A stretch of DNA of 64,000 nt from an uncultured virus (IMG/VR IMGVR_UViG_3300009703_000013) (lineage: Duplodnaviria > Heunggongvirae > Uroviricota > Caudoviricetes): IMG/VR virus record IMGVR_UViG_3300009703_000013; one strand, 5' to 3'. Below are positions 9,168 to 19,034 of the stretch, one piece after another. A program made the translations under genes and the position numbers. The first letter of the stretch is position 1. Each line of letters begins with the position of its first letter. The notes below the pieces were generated by a model. The model was not told the DNA's origin. It was given only the letters and a program-made list of their open reading frames with translations, and searched no databases.

Positions 9168-9976
9168 AACATAAATTGATTTAGTGTTGCACCTGTTGGA
9201 TTAGACTTTGGCCAATCTCTAACTAAATCCATAACTCTAGTTCTACCTTTGTAATTAATTTCATTATTATTTAGCAGTCTTTCAAATAAAACATTTATTT
9301 TTGAATCTAATTGTAAGTTTAAATGTTTCTTAACGTCTTTGTCAAGATTAAAAGCAGTTCTTACATGATGTTTTTGATAAGGTTGATTTAACTGATACCA
9401 ATCCATACTATAAAAATATTCTTTCACATTCATTCTTAGATATGGTGTAATAAACTTTTTATTAAACATATCTGAAACTTTTTTATGCATAATATATCCA
9501 GCTGTGTTTTCTGGCAAGAAATAATTATCTCTAAACTCATCAAACTTTTCTTTTGTATGTTTATAATGGATATTTGCTTTTTTACTCACTCCATAATAAC
9601 CATCTGCAGCCCAACCAGAAAGTACATAAGTTTGTGTAATTTTAGGATACACATATAGAAAAGGATAAACACATTCATAATGGGTTTTCTTTTTACATCC
9701 TAAATTTACAAGTTTGTAAAAGTCCTCTTCTAACTTGCTAGTATCTATTACAGTTCCTATAAAACTCCAATTGTGATTCTTTGCAATCTCTTGAGCTTTA
9801 TTATAATCATATGAGGGTTCATTGTCAAGACAAAAAGAGTATGCAGTTATCTTTTTTCCTAATCTTTCAGCTGCTAGTGCAACTGATATACTATCTACCC
9901 CACCAGATAATAGCACTGCTACATTGTCATCTGGTACAGTTTGTTTTATGTTTTCAACTAATAGTTTATCTATCAT
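9164..9976 (-). CDS. Asparagine-synthetase-like ATP-pyrophosphatase (synthetase domain only), predicted amide ligase
   Basis: PP-loop LLSGGVDS and VLSGWAADGYYG (cf. AsnB SGEGADExFG); 270 aa with no glutaminase domain. Confidence 0.8.
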   Translation of the reverse strand: MIDKLLVENIKQTVPDDNVAVLLSGGVDSISVALAAERLGKKITAYSFCLDNEPSYDYNKAQEIAKNHNWSFIGTVIDTSKLEEDFYKLVNLGCKKKTHYECVYPFLYVYPKITQTYVLSGWAADGYYGVSKKANIHYKHTKEKFDEFRDNYFLPENTAGYIMHKKVSDMFNKKFITPYLRMNVKEYFYSMDWYQLNQPYQKHHVRTAFNLDKDVKKHLNLQLDSKINVLFERLLNNNEINYKGRTRVMDLVRDWPKSNPTGATLNQFML

Positions 9977-12453
9977 GCAAAAAAACTCTCTAAAGTTCCT
10001 TGAGTTCCATAACTACGATCTACATTCCATTTGATTTTTTCTATGATATAGTTTAATGGTTCTATAAAAGACTTTTCAAATTGTAAATCATAATCTACTG
10101 CAAAACTAATTTCTTTTGGTAATTTTGTTATGAAAGAAATACTAGATGATTGATATATATTTGGAAGTTTCATATGTAAAAATTTAATCTTATCACCCTC
10201 TTGTATCAATGGATACTTGTAACCAAGTTTATTTTTTTTAATAAGATGATTATAAAGTATTGCACCTTTAACATGTATTGGTGCTCCTTTTTTAAATAAA
10301 TTGTGTGATTCAGTCCATTTACTTAAACCATTTACTCCTCTAGGATACGCCACATCTTCAGGCGCTAGTGTTAGAAATTTTTTTCTAAAATTTTGAATAA
10401 AAGTATTCAATTCTTTTTCATCACCATCCATAATAATACGTAATGCTTGTTTTATATTTTCTCTACATGGTGCAGGTGTTGAAGACTTAACTGCTTCTAT
10501 TCCCATAATTTTTAATTTAGGTTCTTTGTAACGAACACCTTCAACATCATAAGCATTTAAAATATATCTTTTCTTTGCTGTCCATATACCTTTGTCTGCG
10601 ATTACTTCTCTTTTCATTTGCATTTTTTGTTCAAATGCTTTTGTATAATCAGCAAGTTCTTTATATACTTTATTAATAAATGGTTCTACCTTTTCTTTTG
10701 CGATAGTATCAAGAAAGTCAACTGGGTTCTTTGGTTTAAACTTTTCAACCAGTTCATCAAATCTGATATAAACTGAATCTGTATCAGACGCAATAACATA
10801 ATCAACATCTTTTGTTTTTAACAATTCATTCATATACTCATTTAATTTTTCTTCTATCCAACGAATAGATAACTGACCAGAAGTAGTAATTGCTTCTGCA
10901 ATAGGAAGATTATAATATCTAAACCAATTATTACCAATCGCACCATAAGCTGAGTTAAGTGAAATCTTTCTTGCCATTTGAATATTATCAAACTTAGATA
11001 TCATCTTTAGTAATTTTGGATTTTTAGTTTTTTCATATTCTTGTTTTGCATCTAACATAGCTCTTTTGTATTTTACTCTGTCCTCATACATTGTCTGCAT
11101 CATTTCAGGTAAGAAACCTTTTTTATCAGTTCTAAACAAAGCACCATTTGGTGTCATAGTAGTATCTTTTAAAATAGATGTATCAACTTTTTTAGATAGC
11201 AACTTATCTACATTCATGTTAGGTATTGTTTTATCACTCTTTAATGTTTCTGGTGATATGTTATATTGCATGATTAAATGTGGATACAATGAGTTTAAGT
11301 CAAACGATACAACCCATTTGTGTTCACCTACCTGTGGGTCTTTAACATATGCACCTTCATACTTGTCAGACTTTTCTTTATTTGTTTTTTGTGGTATGAC
11401 AATTTTCTTATCCATTAAGTAATTGTGAATAAGAACATCCCAATAACGAACACTACCAAGAACATCTACATAATTAACTTTCGCTTCATATGCCATAGTT
11501 AAACATAATTCAATTAGTTTCATCTTATCTTCTAGTTGATCAACTATCTCAACATCTTTAATATTATAATCAATAAAAGATTGAAAGTCATTTGTGTACC
11601 AATCTCTAAATGTATCATGTGGATTTTCATCTTTTTTAATTCCAAGTTCTACATTAGCAATATGATCTAGTTTGTAACTCTCTTGATTAGTATATGTAAA
11701 TTTTCTATATAAATCATAATAGTCGAGAGCAGCCACACCTTGAATATCATAAACTTGATATTGTCTACCCATTTGATAAATTGTTTTAGATAATACTGAA
11801 CGCCAAGGTGATAAATCTTTTAAAGTGTCCTCATTCATTATTTTTTTAATACGATTGCACAAATAAGGAATATCAAAAAATTCTGTATTCCAACCTGTAA
11901 TTACATCTGGTTGATTTAATTTCCAAAACTTTATAAACTCTGTAAGTAATTCGTATTCATTATCACACTCAATATAAACAACGTCTTTTCTTTCTGTTTT
12001 AAATTTACCTACACCCCATACAAATATCTGTTTGTTTTGTTGATTTTTAATTGTAATAGATAATAATTCTTCAGAAGCTTCTTGAGGATTTGGGAAACCA
12101 TTTTCACAAGCAACTTCTATATCAATTGTAATAATTAATACTTCATCCATATTCCATTCAAGATTAGGATATTGTTCATACAAATAACTAAATTGAAAGT
12201 TGGTATTACCATATACTAGATGAGGTTGATCTTCGTATTGTTGTACCCAGTTCTTTGCTTCTTTGATTGTTTCATGTTTAACAGGCATAACATATTTGCC
12301 TTGTAAAGTTTTATATTTTGTTTCTCTCATAACAGGACAAAACATAGTTGGCGAATATTTAACCCTACGATTAATACGTTCACCATTTACAATCTCTCTT
12401 AATAAAAGATTGTTACCCCATTGTATAATATTTGTATAAAATCTACTCATCAA
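9973..12453 (-). CDS. 43: Family B DNA polymerase gp43
   Basis: Exonuclease DIE and GWNTEFFD; polymerase SFDLNSLYPH, KISLNSAYG, SDTDS, KKRY. Confidence 0.98.
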   Translation of the reverse strand: MMSRFYTNIIQWGNNLLLREIVNGERINRRVKYSPTMFCPVMRETKYKTLQGKYVMPVKHETIKEAKNWVQQYEDQPHLVYGNTNFQFSYLYEQYPNLEWNMDEVLIITIDIEVACENGFPNPQEASEELLSITIKNQQNKQIFVWGVGKFKTERKDVVYIECDNEYELLTEFIKFWKLNQPDVITGWNTEFFDIPYLCNRIKKIMNEDTLKDLSPWRSVLSKTIYQMGRQYQVYDIQGVAALDYYDLYRKFTYTNQESYKLDHIANVELGIKKDENPHDTFRDWYTNDFQSFIDYNIKDVEIVDQLEDKMKLIELCLTMAYEAKVNYVDVLGSVRYWDVLIHNYLMDKKIVIPQKTNKEKSDKYEGAYVKDPQVGEHKWVVSFDLNSLYPHLIMQYNISPETLKSDKTIPNMNVDKLLSKKVDTSILKDTTMTPNGALFRTDKKGFLPEMMQTMYEDRVKYKRAMLDAKQEYEKTKNPKLLKMISKFDNIQMARKISLNSAYGAIGNNWFRYYNLPIAEAITTSGQLSIRWIEEKLNEYMNELLKTKDVDYVIASDTDSVYIRFDELVEKFKPKNPVDFLDTIAKEKVEPFINKVYKELADYTKAFEQKMQMKREVIADKGIWTAKKRYILNAYDVEGVRYKEPKLKIMGIEAVKSSTPAPCRENIKQALRIIMDGDEKELNTFIQNFRKKFLTLAPEDVAYPRGVNGLSKWTESHNLFKKGAPIHVKGAILYNHLIKKNKLGYKYPLIQEGDKIKFLHMKLPNIYQSSSISFITKLPKEISFAVDYDLQFEKSFIEPLNYIIEKIKWNVDRSYGTQGTLESFFA

Positions 12454-12803
12454 ATTTTTAATTGTTGTGCTAGTACCATAAGACTAAGCCAAATCCACAT
12501 AGTATTAAATCCTACAAGTGTTGGTAATAATTTTTTTTCAGACGCCCATACCAGCATAGTGCTTGTTATTAAACTAAAAATGTATAACCACCATATTTCT
12601 ATCTTAAATATCAATCCTGGTATTATGATTATGGCTTTAGTTAACCACGCTAATGCTTCTACTGTATTATAGTCCGTCCAATATTTACGTTGTAACCACA
12701 TACTGTAGCATTCTTTTATTTTAAAGTAAGTGATATGTTTATATAATATATGAACGATGATCAACCATATAATTGTTGAAACTGTTACTTGCAAAACTGT
12801 CAT
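12450..12803 (-). CDS. Hypothetical membrane protein
   Basis: Several hydrophobic helices; ATGA overlap with gp43. Confidence 0.65.
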   Translation of the reverse strand: MTVLQVTVSTIIWLIIVHILYKHITYFKIKECYSMWLQRKYWTDYNTVEALAWLTKAIIIIPGLIFKIEIWWLYIFSLITSTMLVWASEKKLLPTLVGFNTMWIWLSLMVLAQQLKI

Positions 12804-12824
12804 AATATAATATTTGTATAAAAT

Positions 12825-14021
12825 TTATTTAAAATAATTTTCTAGTTCACCCGTTCTACTTAAATCTACTGAACAACAATGAGCACCACCAGACCATAAA
12901 AAATTCCAACGATTAACCCAAGGTATCATTTCAATGTTATATTTTTTTAATTTATCAGCTAAGTTCTTATCATAACCAGAAGTGATAATAGTATTTTCAT
13001 CTAAAGATAATACGTTACAATCAAATCTTGTTTCTTGAGCTACACCTAGTAACTCTGGCATAGGATAGTTTTTTACACCTCTCTCTTCGCATAATGATTT
13101 TATAGTTTTACCATCATATTCTGCTGATGGGTCCATTATAATGATATCCCAATTATTGTCAACCATTATTTTTGGTACATATTCTTTTTTCCATGTTAAT
13201 ACTAAACCAGGTCTTAATATTGCTATCTTACCATCAACATGTCCGTAAGCTTGCATCTGAACAAACTCATGTTTAGGAAACTCCCTTTTATACCACTCTA
13301 ATCCATTGTTCGTAATACATAGTTGAGAATGTTCTTTCATGCCTAATCTATCTTGAGGATTTGCAAACGTATGAAATATATGTTTACCACATTTATAGAA
13401 AGCAGCTGTATCACCTATAATACAACCTTGATTGTCATATGACTCTAACTCCTCATTACAATGTCTATTAACTTCATCAACATCATCTGTAGTAACTTTT
13501 TCTGGTTTATGTTCATACATCATTTGTGGCATTGCGATGTATCTAGCACCATCTTTAAACTCATCCAACATAACTCTTCGATGATTTAAGTTTTCTAATG
13601 CTCTTTCTTTAGAACCAGTAAATACTTCAAATATTGTATTACCTATTTTTCCAAGCGTGTCTCTACATTGCATTGGGTGACACAACATTGATTCTATATC
13701 ATAAATTACATCTGGTCTTACAACTTCAGCACCATATTGTTTGCATAACTCAGCAAGTAATTCTAAATCTTCATTTGTTTCATCATGTATTTTTTTTAAT
13801 GTGTCTTTGTATAAAGGTAAGTTTTCTCTAAGGTCTCTTCTATGATTTGAATAATCTATAGTGTCATCAGCGTACTTTCTATTTCTATTTTGTACGGTGT
13901 TGTCGTATTCTATAAGTATTTTATTTTTGTATTCGTCCTCTGTTTTAGAAACATCAAAAGATTTACCGATTAAAACTTTTTGTAGAGGAGTCCATTCATC
14001 ATATACTTTGCTCATTAGCAT
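12825..14021 (-). CDS. Amidinotransferase (glycine/inosamine-phosphate amidinotransferase family); likely start ~14015
   Basis: DEWTPLQKVLIG, CRD, TNNGLEW, HVDG...LRPGLVL, CNVLSLDE and catalytic GGAHCCSVDL. Confidence 0.88.
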   Translation of the reverse strand: MLMSKVYDEWTPLQKVLIGKSFDVSKTEDEYKNKILIEYDNTVQNRNRKYADDTIDYSNHRRDLRENLPLYKDTLKKIHDETNEDLELLAELCKQYGAEVVRPDVIYDIESMLCHPMQCRDTLGKIGNTIFEVFTGSKERALENLNHRRVMLDEFKDGARYIAMPQMMYEHKPEKVTTDDVDEVNRHCNEELESYDNQGCIIGDTAAFYKCGKHIFHTFANPQDRLGMKEHSQLCITNNGLEWYKREFPKHEFVQMQAYGHVDGKIAILRPGLVLTWKKEYVPKIMVDNNWDIIIMDPSAEYDGKTIKSLCEERGVKNYPMPELLGVAQETRFDCNVLSLDENTIITSGYDKNLADKLKKYNIEMIPWVNRWNFLWSGGAHCCSVDLSRTGELENYFK

Positions 14022-14439
14022 CCTTTTTCACTTCTTTAGTCTTTCCAATATTATATTTTGTTTCTAAATTCCACTCTGATTTTTCTTTAAATGAAATAAT
14101 CTTAATCTGACTTAATGGTGCGATAGGTTCTGTTTTACCTATAATTGACACTAGACCCCAATCGCTTAATAGTGATGCTATTCTATTTCTACGACCTATG
14201 TCATTTTCTGATAAGTTTGTTTCCTTACCATCTAATGCAAACAGCTCTTTGAAATGTACTATGTAATACTTACCTTGCTTGTGAAGTATATGACATGATT
14301 GATATAATTTTTTTTCTTTTCTTGATGCTACGCCGATACGTGAAAGTGTCTCTCTGACCTTTAGAAAATCGTCAGGTTGTTTTAGAGTCACTTCCAACAT
14401 TTGCTCTCTTGACCATTTAACGTTTTCCATGTTTACCAC
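13999..14439 (-). CDS. regA: RegA translational repressor
   Basis: PDDFLKVRETLSRIG, LYQSCHILHKQG, HFKELFALDG. Confidence 0.97.
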   Translation of the reverse strand: MVNMENVKWSREQMLEVTLKQPDDFLKVRETLSRIGVASRKEKKLYQSCHILHKQGKYYIVHFKELFALDGKETNLSENDIGRRNRIASLLSDWGLVSIIGKTEPIAPLSQIKIISFKEKSEWNLETKYNIGKTKEVKKDANEQSI

Positions 14440-14812
14440 CTTTATTCAACTTTTCTTTTATTTGTTTTATTTGTTCATCGTTTAATATGTTAAGAGCAGA
14501 TTTTCCTTTTTCATTATTATAACCATAATACTCTTTTACATACTCTAAATTTTTGGACTTGCTTGACCTCATCCAAGGTGCAAACCTTCTACGTGTCCTT
14601 AAACTATTTAGTAAAAAATCATACTGAAGTTTCTTGTCTAGATGATGATTACGATTCATTTCATTTACTAACATGACCGTATCATTAAAAGGTGCTAGGC
14701 ATTTATTAACAACATATGCTGGATACTTTTTTTCCCATGTGACATCACCACTATCCATAAGATTATTTTTTTCATAGTTTATACTATTAAGATATTCTTT
14801 CAATTCATACAT
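14417..14812 (-). CDS. 62: Clamp loader small subunit gp62
   Basis: NEMN, QYDFLLNSLR, VKEYYGY; located upstream of regA. Confidence 0.93.
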   Translation of the reverse strand: MYELKEYLNSINYEKNNLMDSGDVTWEKKYPAYVVNKCLAPFNDTVMLVNEMNRNHHLDKKLQYDFLLNSLRTRRRFAPWMRSSKSKNLEYVKEYYGYNNEKGKSALNILNDEQIKQIKEKLNKGGKHGKR

Positions 14813-14822
14813 AATTTAATCC

Positions 14823-15920
14823 TTAGTTATATACTATCTTACTATTGATAATATTTTTTATATATTCGCCACCATCTAAATTAATATCTGGTATGTCTTG
14901 TTCTTTTATTTTATTTGTTTGTCTGATACCTTCAACAAGCATGTCGGCATCTAAATCATTATTTGTTAACCAATGGCAACCACCAGCTTTAGAATATGCA
15001 TCTGCTCTAAAAGGTTCCTCAGTTGCAATGATATTATTATTAACATCATACATTTCAGACGAAGTAGCTTCATTTGGTGTAACTAATGCTGGTGTTTTAG
15101 TTATATTTAAATCTGTAAAAGTCATATATCCTAACATTGTAAAAGCCATTTTATGTATTGATAGATAATCTCTAAATTCATTTACACTAGGTCTTTCAAT
15201 TAAATGTATGTCTCTATTCTCTGCCATAATTCTAATATCTTTTGGTGTCTTTGGTCCAACTATAAATGACATCTTTTGCCACATCATCTTTTCTTTAACT
15301 TGTAAAAACAATCTTTGATAATGATGAGTTAGTTCATACCAATCACCACCTGATACTAATATGCCATCTCTTTTATCTATACTAGGTTTTTTATATGGAA
15401 GTGTAACATAACCTGTATTATGTATTTCACAATCTATCATTGGTGTTTCATGTAATTGTAAAGTTGCATCTATAAAATTATCGTCACCTGCAAAAAATAT
15501 GCCATCGTAAAATTCATTAAGTCTTTCAGTATAGAAATACATATCCTCTGGTTTAATCCAAGGTATGTCTCTATCTAAAGAATATATTCTTTTACCTGCT
15601 TCTTTTGCATGTTCTAATATATCAAGTATACCGCCATGTTCCCATAGTTCACCTCTTTGCTCTGTCCAAAAGGGGTCCCAACCATATCGACCAAAAGGAT
15701 AACCCTCTGTAATAACTACATCTGGGTCATACTCTCTATAGTCTTGATATAGATCGTTATACTCTTTATCTTTACCAAAGAAGTCTATTGATTTTGATTT
15801 ACCTGTAAAAGGTCGAGTTATGATAACTCTATCATTTAAATATTCGCCTAATGCGTTTGCTCTACTGATATGTCCTTGACCAGTATTACTTTGTACTAAT
15901 ATCAAACTCTTCATAACCAA
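14823..15920 (-). CDS. GT-B fold glycosyltransferase (GT28-like)
   Basis: GQGHISR, EGYPFGR, LVSGG, GYMTF, PALVTP. Confidence 0.75.
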   Translation of the reverse strand: MVMKSLILVQSNTGQGHISRANALGEYLNDRVIITRPFTGKSKSIDFFGKDKEYNDLYQDYREYDPDVVITEGYPFGRYGWDPFWTEQRGELWEHGGILDILEHAKEAGKRIYSLDRDIPWIKPEDMYFYTERLNEFYDGIFFAGDDNFIDATLQLHETPMIDCEIHNTGYVTLPYKKPSIDKRDGILVSGGDWYELTHHYQRLFLQVKEKMMWQKMSFIVGPKTPKDIRIMAENRDIHLIERPSVNEFRDYLSIHKMAFTMLGYMTFTDLNITKTPALVTPNEATSSEMYDVNNNIIATEEPFRADAYSKAGGCHWLTNNDLDADMLVEGIRQTNKIKEQDIPDINLDGGEYIKNIINSKIVYN

Positions 15921-16542
15921 ACTTTTTATAGACAGGCAACTTATGAATATCTGGGTAGTAATCCCAATCTTTTTTCATAGGTTTTACGTCTTTCACTTTC
16001 TCAAAATTTTTTAATCCTATTTTTGCTTTGTGTGGTGTCATATAATAATGATAACCAAACACATCTATATATTGTTCATTCCATGGCACACTTGATCTTG
16101 TTCTACCATCGTAACACATCAACCTTAATAAATCAGCATCTTCTTTATTATCTAAAAGTATCATACCACCTCTGTCTGTACTTAAATGTTTTCTGTAAAA
16201 AAAACTTAAACACATTCTGGTACCAGGTTCGTAACCATTCTTTTTCCAATACACAGCTGCATCAATCGTTTCTTTTGTTAGATAATAATACTCATGCCAA
16301 TGCACATCACCCCATTGAAACTTCCAACCATTTTTAATTAGCATGTTTGGAACTGAAACGTATGTGTGAAATGGAACTTTAATACTACGAACTTCTTTAC
16401 CTTGCTTTTGTTTTTCTAATCTTAAGCAAAGCTCTAAAGCATTTGTGCAACAATCTGTAGCGACCGCATATGGGGCACCAAAGAATTCTGCGACTTTGTT
16501 TTCAAACTCTGTGACGACATGCCACTCGTTTTTTTGCATCAT
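15886..16542 (-). CDS. DegT/DnrJ/EryC1/StrS PLP-dependent sugar aminotransferase (short form)
   Basis: FENKVAEFFGAPYAVATDCCTNAL, DAA, SFFYRKHL (PLP lysine), RGGMIL, GYHYYM. Confidence 0.85.
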   Translation of the reverse strand: MMQKNEWHVVTEFENKVAEFFGAPYAVATDCCTNALELCLRLEKQKQGKEVRSIKVPFHTYVSVPNMLIKNGWKFQWGDVHWHEYYYLTKETIDAAVYWKKNGYEPGTRMCLSFFYRKHLSTDRGGMILLDNKEDADLLRLMCYDGRTRSSVPWNEQYIDVFGYHYYMTPHKAKIGLKNFEKVKDVKPMKKDWDYYPDIHKLPVYKKFGYEEFDISTK

Positions 16543-16558
16543 AGACTCATTATTTATC

Positions 16559-17494
16559 TTATTTAAACTTTACTTGAGACATTAATTCAGTCATACAAGC
16601 CAACATGTTTATTTCTTGATCTGCTACAAATGCAGATTTGTATTGATAATCTGCAATAATAACAACTGCATGTGGTATTGTGCTATGGTCTAAATTGTCA
16701 TATAAAGAATTATAAATTGTTCTAAAAATTCTTGATGGGTCATTATCTAAATTATTAACAATCCATTTACGAACATTGGTAAACTCTTTTGCTTTTAAAA
16801 AACCTGTAAGCTCTTTTATGTTTTCGCTTGAAAGATTTACAAGTATACCTGCATCTATTTGACCAGATGAAGAATACCTTTGCAATTCATTTAAGCATCT
16901 TCGCCAATCGGGAAAATATTTGTTTATAAGTTCAGCGATTGCCTTTGGTTCAAACTTAATTTGTTCTTTGTTAAGAATATCTTGTACTCTTTCAAAGAAT
17001 AATTTAGCAAGTTTTATTCTTTCACCGTTTCTTATTGTAAAATCAATATTAGAACATCTAGATTGTAAAGGTTCAATTAATCTATTCTTATAATTACATG
17101 TTAATATAAAACCACAGTTCTTATGAAACTCTTCCATAAATCCACGTAAGGCAGGCTGAGTTGATTGAGGATTAAGATAATCTGCCTCGTCTAGTATAAT
17201 ATACTTTCTACCACCTTCTAGCGATACAGTTGATGCGAAGTTTTTAATTTTAGTTCTTAGTACATCAATACCAGATTCCTCTGAACCATTAATTAACATC
17301 CACGTAGAACCAATCTCTTCTACCATTGCTTTTGCAATAGTAGTTTTGCCAGTTCCAGCAGACCCAGATAATATAAGATTAGGTATATGTTGATCTTTTA
17401 CAAACTCTGTAAAAGTTTTCTTTAGTTCAGTAGGTAATATACATTCATCTACTGTCTTTGGTCGATACTTCTCGACCCATAGAAATGTTTCCAT
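16559..17494 (-). CDS. 44: Clamp loader large subunit gp44
   Basis: LWVEKYRP, GSAGTGKTT, DEADYL, SRC. Confidence 0.97.
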   Translation of the reverse strand: METFLWVEKYRPKTVDECILPTELKKTFTEFVKDQHIPNLILSGSAGTGKTTIAKAMVEEIGSTWMLINGSEESGIDVLRTKIKNFASTVSLEGGRKYIILDEADYLNPQSTQPALRGFMEEFHKNCGFILTCNYKNRLIEPLQSRCSNIDFTIRNGERIKLAKLFFERVQDILNKEQIKFEPKAIAELINKYFPDWRRCLNELQRYSSSGQIDAGILVNLSSENIKELTGFLKAKEFTNVRKWIVNNLDNDPSRIFRTIYNSLYDNLDHSTIPHAVVIIADYQYKSAFVADQEINMLACMTELMSQVKFK

Positions 17495-17496
17495 AA

Positions 17497-18171
17497 TTAC
17501 GCCTCATATGTTGATTCAGGTTCTAATGCAATCCAATATTCAATATTCTTAGCAGAGTTTTTAAAATTACTGATATTTTTTGACGATATTGTAATGTCAT
17601 ACGTACCAGGTAATAATTTCATATTCTCTACTTTAAAAAAGAACTTAAATGATTTTGCGTTAGAAGAACAATCTACATCTATTGCATAATTATTAGCAGT
17701 ATTATTTTTTTTATCACATACAGTTAAAGCACATCCATTGTCAGTTTTTTCAAGAACCATATCGGGTGCTTGAACGACACTAGCTGCTCTTTTTAGTTTT
17801 TCTATATCTTCACTTGACAAAGTAAGTTTAACATCCTCACTTGGCATTGTAATCATCTTACTAGGACTTGTTACAACACTAGGGTCAGAATACCAATATT
17901 TAAGAGTTGCTTTTGAACCCTCATCTTTCATTGTCATGTATTGATCTTGAAAATCAAGAACTGGTTGAGTAAATAGTGATAGTGATGATAAGAATTCATT
18001 CAAATCATATATCGCTACTTCTTTAGGAAATGTCTCAACAACATCTGCTTTTGCCACAATGTTTTTCATCGCTGACATTGTAGTAAGGGTATTGCCTTCT
18101 TTGATAACTAAATTTTGATTTATACTACCAAAGTTTTTAAGAACCCCAATGGTCTCGTTGCTCAATTTCAT
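17497..18171 (-). CDS. 45: Sliding clamp gp45
   Basis: MKLSNETIGVLKNF.SIN, IYDLNEFL, YWIALE. Confidence 0.96.
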   Translation of the reverse strand: MKLSNETIGVLKNFGSINQNLVIKEGNTLTTMSAMKNIVAKADVVETFPKEVAIYDLNEFLSSLSLFTQPVLDFQDQYMTMKDEGSKATLKYWYSDPSVVTSPSKMITMPSEDVKLTLSSEDIEKLKRAASVVQAPDMVLEKTDNGCALTVCDKKNNTANNYAIDVDCSSNAKSFKFFFKVENMKLLPGTYDITISSKNISNFKNSAKNIEYWIALEPESTYEA

Positions 18172-18457
18172 TATTCACTTCTCCATTATCTAAATTATGT
18201 AATGCCATTATACCATAATGTATTACTTTAAGCAAGTCTTTTCTATTCTTGCCATCTTTTTTGCCAAAACGCTGAGCATATTTCATAATGTTGCCAATAC
18301 AAAATCCCTCACCGTGTCCACTATCCATAATAAACTCTGTTGCTTGAAATTTATTTTTAGAATAATGCTGTTTATAGGTACTGTCGATATATTCTTTTAA
18401 TTCTTTTAAAATTTTATCTTCACTATACCTGTAAATACTATCACTCATAATCAACAC
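18137..18457 (-). CDS. DUF3310/SaV-like protein
   Basis: HY...Q, GFCIGNIMKYAQRFGKK, DLLKVIHY. Confidence 0.8.
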   Translation of the reverse strand: MLIMSDSIYRYSEDKILKELKEYIDSTYKQHYSKNKFQATEFIMDSGHGEGFCIGNIMKYAQRFGKKDGKNRKDLLKVIHYGIMALHNLDNGEVNNEIEQRDHWGS

Positions 18458-19034
18458 CTATTTCTATAACAGGTGATTTTTCTAGATAATCATCTGTAGG
18501 TGTTTTATTAAATGTCACATAACTAGGATATATTATTAATACACCTGGTTCTGTGGTTACGTCTTCATTATTAGAAGGTCTTAATGGATGATCTTTTATA
18601 TCATCTGCCCATTTTAAATTAAATAAACCGCCACCATCTGTAAAAAACAATGCTTTTAATTTATGATCATAGATGTTATTAGGATTGTTTTGATATAACC
18701 TAAAATCTATTTTCAATTGTTTTTCTAGTGTATAAGTTTTTTTCAAAAATGTTTTAGCAATTTGTTTAAAAATGTTTTCTAAATTATTTCTAAATTCATC
18801 TGTAGGATTATCAATACCATCTATTACTTCTTCTAATATCTCACTAGGAAATTCTACACGCATCATAGGTGCAGATATTTTATTTCTTAATTCTATACCA
18901 AGACCTTTATTAGTCTCTTCATGTTCCTTTTTTAGTTCTTGTTCTTTATTAAACTTGGCAGACTCTTCTTTATTAAGTTTAGCTTGTCCACCATCTTTTA
19001 AACCACCTGGTTCTAAATCAAATACTTTTACCAT
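18441..19034 (-). CDS. Hypothetical protein, possibly a degenerate 2OG-Fe(II) oxygenase fold
   Basis: EPGVLIIYPSYV resembles the PGxLxxFPSxLxH motif, but the His is absent. Confidence 0.5.
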   Translation of the reverse strand: MVKVFDLEPGGLKDGGQAKLNKEESAKFNKEQELKKEHEETNKGLGIELRNKISAPMMRVEFPSEILEEVIDGIDNPTDEFRNNLENIFKQIAKTFLKKTYTLEKQLKIDFRLYQNNPNNIYDHKLKALFFTDGGGLFNLKWADDIKDHPLRPSNNEDVTTEPGVLIIYPSYVTFNKTPTDDYLEKSPVIEIGVDYE

